Source: Piromyces finnis finn
Lineage: Eukaryota > Fungi > Neocallimastigomycota
Length of the DNA: 64,000 nt
Assembly: GCA_002104945.1 (NCBI GenBank)
Contig: MCFH01000003.1
Location: forward strand, 1,426,001-1,490,000
Direction of reading: 5' to 3'
The notes under the pieces were generated by a model. It made no database searches. It saw only the letters and a program-made list of their open reading frames with translations, and was not told the origin of the DNA. How positions within the stretch are numbered: position 1 is the first letter of the stretch; each line of letters begins with the position of its first letter. This document shows, piece after piece, positions 29,142 to 39,901 of the stretch. The position numbers and the translations under genes were made by a program.

Positions 29142-30347
29142 CTAATATATTGGCGTATTAATTTTAATTTTTTTAAAATCAATATTATTGTTTTTTTCTT
29201 CATCTAATTTTCTCTTTCTTTGATAGAAATTTGCTAAAGCGTTTAATGTACCGTGAAAGACTTGTTCTTGTTTATTAAAACTTGAATTAATGTTGCTTTT
29301 TAAATTCTCATTATTATTATTATTTTTAAAATCTCCTTTTGAAATGTTATTACATAAAATATTATTTAAATATCCATTACGGGGATCAATTAAACTTAAT
29401 TTATGTGGAATTGAAGATAAATGATGATGATGATGATTTAGTTTGTTATTGTTTTTACTCAAGTATTTAATAACTTCTTTTTCTATTTCAGACAAATTAA
29501 TATTTTTAGTTTCTCTTTTATTATTACCATCTAATAATCTATAAAAATTAATTCTGAAATTAAAATAATCCTTTAATTTTTGAATTTTACTCTTATCATT
29601 AAATTCTTCAAATAATAAATTCATATAATACTCTAAATCATTGTTTTTTTCCATAATAAAATCTAAGAATTTATATTTTATTATTGAATTCTTTCTTTTA
29701 TAGAATTGTTTTTTATTGATAAAAGAAAAAAAATCGGAAATTTCAGTTACTTCTTTTTCTTTGTTGATAATGACAAAACAATATAATGTATCTTTCTCTT
29801 TAGCTTCTTCATTATGGAAATTTTTTCTCTCTTCCTTTAATCTAAAGTCCTTTTCATAATTTTCGAAACTCTCATTTTTAAAAATAATATTTTTATATTC
29901 CATTATATTATAAATCTTAAAGTTAGGTTTAACTTTTAAAATTTCATTTTTCAAATCACTTATTTTCTCAGATTTGGTAGAAAAGCCGGTAATGGATACA
30001 CTAAGTAAGCATTCATTATTTGATAAACCATGAATAAAAATTTTTGAGTTTCCACCATTTTCTAAATTTTCTGAGTAAAGAAAATGTTTTATATAACCCT
30101 TTTCATTATTTATAGTATTAATACTTTTATTTTCAAAAGAAGATGACAGCTTATTAAAAAGATAAAATATATTTTGTAAATCTTTAATGTACTTATAGTT
30201 AAATTTTTTCATTTCATTTTTAACAAAATAGTTTCTTATGGTGTAGAAACTGCTTTGTAGGTAATTACGTTCATAACATTGATAATTATGAATATAATTA
30301 ATAATAGATTCTTTAATTTTTAATTCTAAATATTTATCAACAATCAT
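29142..30347 (-). CDS. Intronless hypothetical protein, 401 aa
   Basis: 1.2-kb ATG-initiated ORF in ~80% AT DNA is unlikely by chance; no motif recognised; basic KRKLD...KKIK near the C-terminus. Confidence 0.6.
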   Translation of the reverse strand: MIVDKYLELKIKESIINYIHNYQCYERNYLQSSFYTIRNYFVKNEMKKFNYKYIKDLQNIFYLFNKLSSSFENKSINTINNEKGYIKHFLYSENLENGGNSKIFIHGLSNNECLLSVSITGFSTKSEKISDLKNEILKVKPNFKIYNIMEYKNIIFKNESFENYEKDFRLKEERKNFHNEEAKEKDTLYCFVIINKEKEVTEISDFFSFINKKQFYKRKNSIIKYKFLDFIMEKNNDLEYYMNLLFEEFNDKSKIQKLKDYFNFRINFYRLLDGNNKRETKNINLSEIEKEVIKYLSKNNNKLNHHHHHLSSIPHKLSLIDPRNGYLNNILCNNISKGDFKNNNNNENLKSNINSSFNKQEQVFHGTLNALANFYQRKRKLDEEKNNNIDFKKIKINTPIY

Positions 30348-31103
30348 TTTATTAGATCAAAAATACAAATAAAAATTATAATTGAGAGAAGGTAAAAAAA
30401 AAAAAAAAATCATTTTTATATCAATTTCATTCAAATAAAAAAGTATTGTGTCCATTTTATATATATTATTTTTTTTATTATAAAACTTTTTATTGAACAC
30501 TTTGACGCCCATAATATTCAAGATCATTCTAAATTATTCCTTTTTTTTTAATATGTTATAAATATATTAAAAAAAAATAGACATTTAAAAATTTTTTTAT
30601 TTTTAGATGATTATTCTATTTTTTAAAAAAAAAAAAGAAAAAGAAGCCTAAAAAAAAAAAAGTATTACATTATTAATAAACGATTTAATTATTATTCATC
30701 ATCCTATTTTATAATAATAATATAAATAATAATATGAAATACATATTAATAAAAAAAAAAAAAAAAAAAAAGGCACTATATTATAATTATTAACTATTAA
30801 ATAAAAAATATAAAACTACAACTATTTTTTTATTTAATGGGTAAACTCTGAAATATTTTATAATAAAATGATAAAAAAAAAAATATTTTTTTTTGTTTTA
30901 TTTTTTTTATTTTATTTATTATTAATATTTACGATTTTATTTACGATTTTATTTATTTGCTTATTTGTTTCATATTTTCATTATTAAAAAATACTTAACA
31001 AAATCAAAAATTAAAAATATATATTTATATCAATTATAATTAGTATATTATTTCTACTTTAAACAATTTTTAAGAGTATAAATATATAATACTACTTTAT
31101 TTA

Positions 31104-33560
31104 TTAATAGATCTTTGAGCATTTTGAATTAATTTCTTGACATTTAGAAGCTAAACTTTCAGTGTATGGTTGTGACCAACAGTCATTTAATTCTTCGTAA
31201 CATAATTTTGCCATCTTATTCTTACAGTCATAATCGTTTGAATCACAACTGTAATAATCAATTTCTGGTGATGAGGTTGGAGCTATAACTGTTGTTGTTG
31301 TCTTGGTAATAGTTTTAGTTCTTGTTGTAGTTGGAATGGATTTGGTACTTGTAGTGGTTGGAACGGATTTAGTACTTCTTGTAGTAGTTGGAATGGATTT
31401 GGTAGTAGTAGTGGTTGGAATAACCTTGACAGAGGTGGTAGTAGTAGTTGGAATAACCTTGACAGAGGTGGTAGTAGTGGTTGGAATAACCTTGACAGTG
31501 GTGGTAGTAGTGGTTGGAATAACCTTGACAGAGGTGGTAGTGGTTGGAATAACCTTGACTGAGGTGGTAGTAGTAGTTGGAATAACCTTGACTGAGGTGG
31601 TAGTAGTAGTTGGAATAACCTTAACAGAAGTGGTAGTAGTTGAAATAACCTTGACTGAAGAAGTGGTGGTAGTAAATGGAATATTAGTTAATGGACTTTT
31701 AGTAGTAATTACTGGTGGTGGATTCTTAGAAGTAGTAGTTGAAGTATATGGAACTTTAGAAGTGATGTAAGTAGTTGGTGGAACCTTAGTAGTAGTGGTG
31801 GTTGGTGGTGGGGATTTAGTAGAGGAAGTTGAGGCAGAGGAAATAACAGTGGTGGTAGTAGATTCACTTGAACTTGAAGATTCGACTTCAATGTTTACAC
31901 TGGAATCAGCTGTCCATCCGTAAAGAGTTTCAATCTCTTCAATAAGTTCATAAGCAGCTTCAACATGAGATTGGTGAGCTGGATGCCAGTCAACAGCCTT
32001 ACCATTCTTTGCAATATTTTGAACATTAAATTTGAAGGCATTAACCTTTTCATCACCAGTTTCTGCTTTGTAATTATTAACAGCTTCTTCAACTTGTGGA
32101 TAAAGTTCTTGACCCATAATACCAAGAGTACAGAGAATTTCTGAATCTGGATAAGTGGATCTGATTTTACCTATAAATTCTTGGTATTCAGCAACAAAGG
32201 CAGCAACTTCTGACTTCTTCTTTTCTGAACTCTTAATTCCTTGCATGTATGAATTATCATTAGTACCAAGATTAATAACAATAAGATCTGGAATAAAGTC
32301 TTCAGAGTTCCATGAAACAGTCTTAATTTGAGTAATATCACTTCCAAATTGGTTCCAGTAGGAGAAACCAAGTTTGTCGTAATATTGTGGAAGAGCTGAA
32401 ATAGTGTTTCTTTCACCATCAACAGTATAACCAGAAATTATACCGAAACCACTGTAGGAAACCATACTATAATCAGCATTAAACTTCTTAGCAACCTTGT
32501 AAGCAAAAGACTTAGTACCATCTTCATTCTTAGTTGAGAATGTATCTTTATCGGTACCATCAACACCATAAGCACAAGTAATAGAATCTCCAATAAATTC
32601 AATCTTCTTACTATTAGCTGAAGTTGGTTCAATCTTATCAGAATCAGATTTAATACCATAAATTCTAACTGTACTTTGAGCACATTCAGAAATCTTAATA
32701 AGACTAACAACATGTTCAGAAGCTTCATCAAAAACAATATCTACTTCTTCCTTCTTTGAAAGAAGAGTTACAGAATAAAGTTCTCCATCAGTAAAGATCT
32801 TAAAACGAGCTGGATCACCATCAACTTCAAGATCAATTGTTGTTTGTTTACCTGTAAATTTATATTCAATTCCACTGTCAGTAAGACCAAACCAAAGGAA
32901 TCCCTTTTCTTCGTCATAATTAGCTCTACCAATGATTTTTACATTGTCCTTAGTTGGTTTGAATATGCCATTACTTGAGGCACTTGAAGTTGGCATAGTT
33001 TTAGTGGAAGTAGTAGTAGTTGGAATAACCTTAACGGAAGTAGTGGTAGTTGGAATAACCTTGACGGAGGTAGTGGTGGTTGGAATAACCTTGACGGAGG
33101 TAGTGGTAGTTGGAATAACCTTAACGGAAGTAGTGGTAGTTGGAATAACCTTGACGGAGGTAGTGGTAGTTGGAATAACTTTGACGGAGGTAGTGGTGGT
33201 TGGAATAACCTTGACGGAGGTTGTAGTAGTTGGAATAACTTTGACTGAAGTAGTGGTGGTTGGAATAACTTTAACTGAAGTTGTGGTAGTTTTGGCTGTA
33301 GTAGTTATTACATTTTGTTGTGGACTACCAGTGTAAGACCAAATTTCATTACATATGCTATTTAATTCATTACATTTAGAATAATCAGTTTCAGTTTTCC
33401 AGCATTCATTTGCTTTTTCAAAACAAAGAGTGCTTTGTTTTTGCTTACAAGAATAGTCTGAAGCTTCACAAACAAGATATGGATTGTTTGCTCTTTTTTC
33501 TATAATTGGAATTGCAGATACTGCACTTAATAAAGTAAATAGTGCAAAATTTAATTTCAT
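31104..33560 (-). CDS. Secreted CE2-type SGNH acetyl-esterase flanked by Thr-rich linkers and two 6-Cys modules (818 aa, intronless)
   Basis: Signal peptide + IIEKR. Catalytic region ~31910-32975 has KIEFIGDSITCAYG, SYSGFG, VINLGTND, DWHP (SGNH blocks I, II, III, V) preceded by a beta-sandwich-like CE2 N-domain (KIIGR...SGIEYKFTG). Confidence 0.88.
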   Translation of the reverse strand: MKLNFALFTLLSAVSAIPIIEKRANNPYLVCEASDYSCKQKQSTLCFEKANECWKTETDYSKCNELNSICNEIWSYTGSPQQNVITTTAKTTTTSVKVIPTTTTSVKVIPTTTTSVKVIPTTTTSVKVIPTTTTSVKVIPTTTTSVKVIPTTTTSVKVIPTTTTSVKVIPTTTTSVKVIPTTTTSTKTMPTSSASSNGIFKPTKDNVKIIGRANYDEEKGFLWFGLTDSGIEYKFTGKQTTIDLEVDGDPARFKIFTDGELYSVTLLSKKEEVDIVFDEASEHVVSLIKISECAQSTVRIYGIKSDSDKIEPTSANSKKIEFIGDSITCAYGVDGTDKDTFSTKNEDGTKSFAYKVAKKFNADYSMVSYSGFGIISGYTVDGERNTISALPQYYDKLGFSYWNQFGSDITQIKTVSWNSEDFIPDLIVINLGTNDNSYMQGIKSSEKKKSEVAAFVAEYQEFIGKIRSTYPDSEILCTLGIMGQELYPQVEEAVNNYKAETGDEKVNAFKFNVQNIAKNGKAVDWHPAHQSHVEAAYELIEEIETLYGWTADSSVNIEVESSSSSESTTTTVISSASTSSTKSPPPTTTTTKVPPTTYITSKVPYTSTTTSKNPPPVITTKSPLTNIPFTTTTSSVKVISTTTTSVKVIPTTTTTSVKVIPTTTTTSVKVIPTTTTSVKVIPTTTTTTVKVIPTTTTTSVKVIPTTTTTSVKVIPTTTTTKSIPTTTRSTKSVPTTTSTKSIPTTTRTKTITKTTTTVIAPTSSPEIDYYSCDSNDYDCKNKMAKLCYEELNDCWSQPYTESLASKCQEINSKCSKIY
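31390..31660 (-). repeat. 30/33-bp coding tandem repeat, (TTTT[T]SVKVIP)n, second linker
   Basis: Same unit as 33005-33280 with one extra Thr codon in most copies. Confidence 0.95.
33005..33280 (-). repeat. 30-bp coding tandem repeat, (TTTTSVKVIP)n, about 9 units
   Basis: Unit gtagtggtagttggaataaccttgacggag seen on the + strand. Confidence 0.95.
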
Positions 33561-35028
33561 CTGTTATATTGATATTGATGATTTTTTTAACATATTATGT
33601 GTGTAATAGTTTAATCATTATATTTATTGTTTTTGTACAATTATTATTTATAATTTGAGAATTCAGAATTTTATTTGTTTTTATGTTTAATAAAAAAAAA
33701 AAAGAAAAAAAGAAATGATAATAATACAATAATTAATATAATTTTTATCAATTTTTATTTTTATCTTTTTATACAATATATATATATATTGTTTTTATTA
33801 CCTTGATATTATATATATTTTTTTTATTGCTATTATTATTGATAACTGTTTTTTTTTTTTTTTTTAAATATATAAGTTTTGTTTTTTTTTTTAAAAAGAA
33901 ATGAAATAAAAAAAAAAAGTAAATTGATATTTCAACTTTTTTATTATAAATTGAGTATCTAATTAATAATTGGAAAAATAACCTTTATTATTAATTTAAA
34001 GGTGCTTCTTAATATACTTTTTATTCTTCCAGAGAGTAAAGTTATTTAGAAGTTAATTATCTAACAAAAAATATTATTAATATAATTATTAATCAATAAT
34101 ATTATATCAATATTACTTCAATATTTAAATGTTAAATATTTTTATTCTAAAAAAAAATGAGAAATAAAAAATTATATATCACTTTTTTTTTTTATGTTTC
34201 AGATTATTAATTTATATATCATGGTAGTACAAAAATTAATATTATTATATACAAAATTTCACAATAAATAATTATTTAACTTTTCTATTAATATAATTCT
34301 ATACATTGGTCACAGTGCATATATTTAATATATGATAAATTATATTTGGTATATATTATAGAACCATTCATTTTTACCGCATGAATTAAATGTTTATAAT
34401 AATATCTAAAAATAAATTAAAACTATCCTTTTAATTTTTTAAATAATGAAATTGTTTAATAACAAAATTTATATTTAATAAAGTTTAAATGGATGGAAAA
34501 TTATTTATTAATTAAAACTCTTGATTTCAATATTATAATAAACACGGAAAATTTCAACTTTAATAAATATTATTTCAATTATAATATTAATTCTATTTGT
34601 GAATTATACTAAAAAAAATGATAATAATATATATGTCCTCCGTAATTTTTATTAAATACTTACCAACCATCTCTTTTTTGTTATAATTGTTTTTTTATAT
34701 ATATTGAAAAAGTAAATGAAATAAATAATGATTTGAAATAAAAAAAAGGTTTTATGCTATAGGATAATAGAATTCATTGTTATATGTAACATAAAATTTA
34801 AAAAATGCATATATTTATAGTTATTTATGTAATAAATATAATATTTTTTATTTAAAACATTATATACATAATAATTTGTTGACATTTTATGATATTATTT
34901 ACTATTGTTGAAATATTTTTATCATAATTAATATTAGTAATAATATCTTTTTTTATATCTTTAAAATATATTTAAAAAAAAAATAAGAATTTTAGAACCA
35001 TTTATATATTTATATACATACATATATA

Positions 35029-35032
<4 letters not shown>

Positions 35033-35095
<63 letters not shown>
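35033..35095. repeat. (ATT)n microsatellite
   Basis: About 20 perfect ATT units. Confidence 0.95.
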
Positions 35096-35096
<1 letters not shown>

Positions 35097-35816
35097 TCTT
35101 TTGTTTTATCATTGTTGATCATTTAATATTTGAAAACCTAATTTTATTTATTTAATAATAAATAAGGTTTATTATTAAATTTATACATTTTATTTGAAAA
35201 TTAAAAAATAAATTAAAAAATCTTATTTATAATAATTTATTCATTTTATTATTACCACATGATTTGAATTTACAAAACATAAAAAATATGGTTAGGTTAA
35301 GAATTATAAAAGTATCTGTTCTGTATATTTATTCTTTTATTTTTTAATTATTTTTAAATTATGTATAGGGATTAATAAAATATAAATTACTAGTTTACCA
35401 AGGATGACTTCAATAAGTATACCTCTGGTAGTAAATAATAATAAATAATAATATATATTATAAATATTGGTTTTTAAAATATAATTTTTAATCCTCTTAA
35501 AAAAAATTATCCACTTTCTATAGATGACATATTATACTAAAAAGGAAAAAAGATCGTTTTAAGAAACTTTAATTATTATATAATTATATATTTATTTTTT
35601 TAATTAATTAGAATTATAAATTATATTTAATAATAATAAAATGTATTTTTTAAAAAAAAAAAAAAAAGACATTTTATTAATGAATTATTTAATCCTTTTA
35701 ATAATGTAAATTGAGCCTGTTCATCATTTGAAAATTATTTTACCACGGCTAAAACAGTTTCATTATTGTTATTCAATATATATATGTTAAATATATTTAT
35801 TTTTTTAAAAATATAT

Positions 35817-36479
35817 TTAACGAGATTTTTTATATATAAAACATAAAATCTCTTGTATCAGTTTCTTGTTGGAATTACGTTGACTAAAAAAAATAAATAA
35901 TTGGACTATGGAATCGTAATATTTAATACGGATATCTTTAAATGTTGAACAATCTAATAACCAATGCTTAATACTTAGATCTCCATTTTTGCAACATGGA
36001 CAGTAGTTAGGACAAACTGGATCAACAAATTTAGCAGCTTTTGCAACTCTAGCATCCAACTTGTATCCGCCTAATTTGACATTAGCCTTAAATATTAAAT
36101 ATAAATTTTTGATAAATTGTAAACTCTTACCTCGGATTCCTAAACAATCTAATTTATGGAGAATATTACCGATTGGGACTGAATCGAATGCTTTCCTAAG
36201 ATCTAAAAAGGCCAAATATGTCTCTTTATTATCTAATTGACATATTATCTATGACATATTTCTTGGATTGAAATGAAAAGACTGATACTTTCTTCCTTTT
36301 TTCGAAAGTCAAATTGTTCTGATCTAATGAAATTATTCTTGAAAGCATAAAAAATAATGGTTTGAAAGTAGCTGTGAGATAACTAATACTATCTCTCTTT
36401 TTGTGATTCCACCCATTGGTGTTCCAACTAAGACAAAAAGAAATGTTATCAGGCTTGTTGGATGAGGAAGAATCGTTGC

Positions 36480-36539
<60 letters not shown>

Positions 36540-37460
36540 AGGCATCATTATTAATGGATGATGAGTCAGAGGAATTAGTTGTATTATTATTAGATGGTTG
36601 TGAAACTGAAGAACTATCTACTATTGAACTGTTATCAGAGTTGATAGAACTATTAGAATTAATTGTTGAATGTTGAGGTTGAAATTGTGATTGTTGTAGA
36701 TCTGGAATATTGTCATGTTGGAAATCTTGTTGAAGATCTTGTTGAAGATCAGATTGTTGATGAGATTGTTGAACTGGCTGTTAGATTGATTGTTGATGTT
36801 TATTAGAAACTAAAATTTTACGTTTGAGTAAGGAAAAAAAGTATTTGTGATTCCTTCTACTACAAGCTGAAAAGGAAATTGAAGCAACGGAAGGTTTCTT
36901 CTTTAACATGTGTAAGATTTTAATATAACCTTTCGTTGAACCATGAACCTTGACTAAGAAATAGTGATCATTGAAAATCTGAAAATATTTAACATTAATA
37001 ACTGAATTAAATTTATCCTTCAGAATAACCTCGAGTTTTTCCCATAGCATACTAACTGACCATGATCGAATACCACGGATAAAGAAGGAGCTAATATTAT
37101 CTAAGGGGATACTACAAGAGCGGGTACCACGACTGATATAATTCTTATCTTTAATATAAAAGATTTTCATGATAATTAATTCTAATTAAAAATATTGAAT
37201 ATTAAATAAATACTAATAAAAATTATAAATATAATATATATGGGGGAAAAAACTGTATCTTTCTTCTTAAAAAGTACTGGATAGTACAAAAAATTGTTTC
37301 AATGTTTTGATTATAATTTCTTTTGAAATTCAATTTGTAAATTTTCTTTGTAAATTCTAGTTTTGGTTTGTTGTTTGTTGTTAGTAAATTCAATTCGCTT
37401 TTTTGACTCTAAAATTATTTGACTTTACTTTTCATTAAATATTTAAATTGGAAAAAAACT
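35817..37460 (-). mobile_element. Internally deleted non-LTR retrotransposon (LINE, APE-type), copy C
   Basis: ORF from ATG 37170 (in-frame TAA at 36781), Q/N-rich linker, endonuclease start CLSWNTNGW...LCFQE, then RT start (EQFDFRKKEE...EIC...YLAFLDLRKAFDSVP), then GYKLDARVAKAAK...CPCC-x8-H-x4-C. Its 3' part is near-identical to 40730-40930. 5' limit approximate. Confidence 0.85.
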
Positions 37461-37642
37461 CTGAATCAAGAATGTCGACAACAGAAAGCTTATGAATAGT
37501 ATTTTTACATGATGTAGAGTGAATCAGTCTCTTACAAGAAACAATACAACAATAGCTACATGAATATAAAGATACAATGCAAATGCTAAAGTTACCTACA
37601 TTGGATTCTTACAAGAGAAGAGTAATACTACATGAATACATA

Positions 37643-37771
37643 AATAAAAATTGGGTATAATGTATTCTGGTAATTTTAATTAAAGTAAGAAAACCACTAT
37701 TATACTAAAGTATAATAATTGTATTTGACTTCCAATGGGACACCGAGCCAAAGATCAAAATTTTGTCATGG
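37643..37771 (-). mobile_element. Isolated 129-bp LINE 3'UTR fragment (copy D), same family as copy A
   Basis: Matches 40016-40144 with 3 mismatches; begins at the element's stop codon (CCA TGA). Confidence 0.9.
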
Positions 37772-37862
37772 TAAAACAATTATTTAATTTACATAAAAGT
37801 TTAATTTAGACTTGGAAAAGAATACACTTCTAGTATATATTTATTTAATTTGAAATATTACA

Positions 37863-39859
37863 CTATATTAGGTGATAATACATATTGATATAATAATTAA
37901 TAAAAATAATAAAATATATATATAAAAATATAAAAATAAAATAATTATTAAAGTTGCATAAATGTTCAATGAACTCTGCAATTTGTACTATGTGGGATTG
38001 ATCCCTACCTAATAAATTAAATGAAATAAAAAAGAGAAGTAACAGGTATAATGGTGTGGTGTCCACTAAACTCTCCCATGAGTTCATAATGTTTTCATTC
38101 GAAGAAATACTAACATTGAACCCTGTGTACAGAACACTGAGAATGTTCCTTTGCCATATCGGTACGACGTCGTCGCTCTTGATTACGTTAGGTGTCTTAC
38201 TAAACCTATCAAAAAGTAGCCTCATAGAGCTACTAATGATAGGGACTGTTTTAGTAAGAGAAGCCGCGAGACCCTCTACATATGAAACATGAGACCCCGA
38301 TGAACTGTAAAGCTGTTCATTCAAATGTCTTTGTTCAGCCTTATTGAGACCCTCTACATATGGAACATGAGACCCCGATGAACTGTAAAGCTGTTCATTC
38401 AAATGTCTTTGTTCAGCCTTATTGATTCGTAGCTCATCATAAGCTAAAGTTCCACCAAGAAGGAACGTAAAAATATAGTTATAAATTGTTTTTCTTACTT
38501 CCATTTCAGGGAGTAAGTATGTGATGAATTGATTCTTATATTTATTGTAAAAAAGGGTAAAAAAAATCGTCAAGAAAGCTAAGTGAAGAAGTTCTGTATT
38601 CAGAGAATGCATGACATTCTAAAATCCAATGATAAAAAGATTGTTCATCATATCCACAACATGGACAGACACGAGGGCAGTCAGGAGTAACTCTATTACT
38701 GGCAATAGTAATTCGGGTAGTATTTTCATAACCGCATCGAATACGAATAATCCAGGTAATTCCTAAATTTAAGTGAGGTTTGTTGAGACCGATATGCATT
38801 AGGCGATTTGAATTAAGGAATTTGTTGTTAGTATATCTGAGGGCTTTACTTCCATTATTTAGGCTACTATTATTCCAATAATATTCTCTAATATCTTTAG
38901 TACTTTTAATATTTATTTTCATAAGCTTCTTATGTAGTGAACAAGATTCTTTGGCCCAAAAGTAATGAGACATGGGAGGAATAGATCGGACGAGATCTTT
39001 AATTATACAATTTGATTTTCTCCATTTAACAAAGCATTTCACTTGTTGCGCAGCACAAATACCTGAAAGGGTAGGGATCTTCATATCTCTTGTAAGAGCA
39101 TACAGACTAATAAATGAATTTCGTTCAAAAACAAAATCTTTGTTATTAAAACTTTTATTGTGAAAGCTATTGACACTCCATAAAACAGCAGTATTGATAA
39201 GAGATTGGACTCTTCTAGTTCTATTTTTGTTGGAACCAAGTAAAGGAGCATAATAAGAGACTTTGCTTAAAATATAAGAATGAATTACTATGTTTTTTAA
39301 GCCAATAGGAACACAATTGTTGGTGAGGAAGTTCTTAAAAGAGAATAAAGATTTCTGAACTTTTATGTACATATTAGACAGAATAGGAGTCAAAGAAAGA
39401 TCTTCGTCGAATGGGATTCCAAGATAAGTATAGCAAGAAACCTTTGGAATCGAGTGCATACCGATGTAAAATGTTGGGTCGACATAACTAGGGGATCTAT
39501 TAAAGTTGATAGGTTTAACAACAATAGTTGCACATTTATTTATTCCAAAAGACATTTCATTTAAATTAGCCCAATCAAGGACTAGATTGAGAATCTTTTG
39601 AAGGTTCTTCTTACTAGGAGCAATCAAAACAATGTCATCAGCGAAAAGGCCACCACAACAACGTTTATTACCTAAGCTAACTCCAAGCCTTTCACATTTA
39701 TTTAAAATATCATTGATAAAGAGGTTAAACAGTATAGGAGAAAGAGGACATCCTTGTCTTACACCACGGTTTATAGGGAATTCATTGGAAAGCATATCCA
39801 AGAAACGTGCACGAGCTTTAGAGGTTGAGTAGAGATTATTGAGAAAATCAAAACATTTA

Positions 39860-39862
<3 letters not shown>
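37863..39862 (-). mobile_element. LINE copy B, 3' part: RT core, thumb, CCHC knuckle, C-terminal region
   Basis: RGVRQGCPLSPILFNLFINDIL, GGLFADDIVL, YTYLGIPF, CPCC-x8-H-x4-C. Continues by frameshift at an A-run near 38550 into the 249-aa ORF (IFTFLLGG, aligning with IFKFLLGG of copy A). Confidence 0.92.

Positions 39863-39901
<39 letters not shown>

Noticed and set aside
35747-35752. GGCTAA XlnR/Xyr1-type site
   Set aside because: Single hexamer 2.2 kb from the nearest ATG; the regulator is ascomycete-characterised; chance occurrence likely
37863-38612. 249-aa ORF as an independent membrane-protein gene
   Set aside because: Aligns with the C-terminal tail of LINE copy A (IF.FLLGG; LTK..P...F.RF); it is the frameshifted end of copy B
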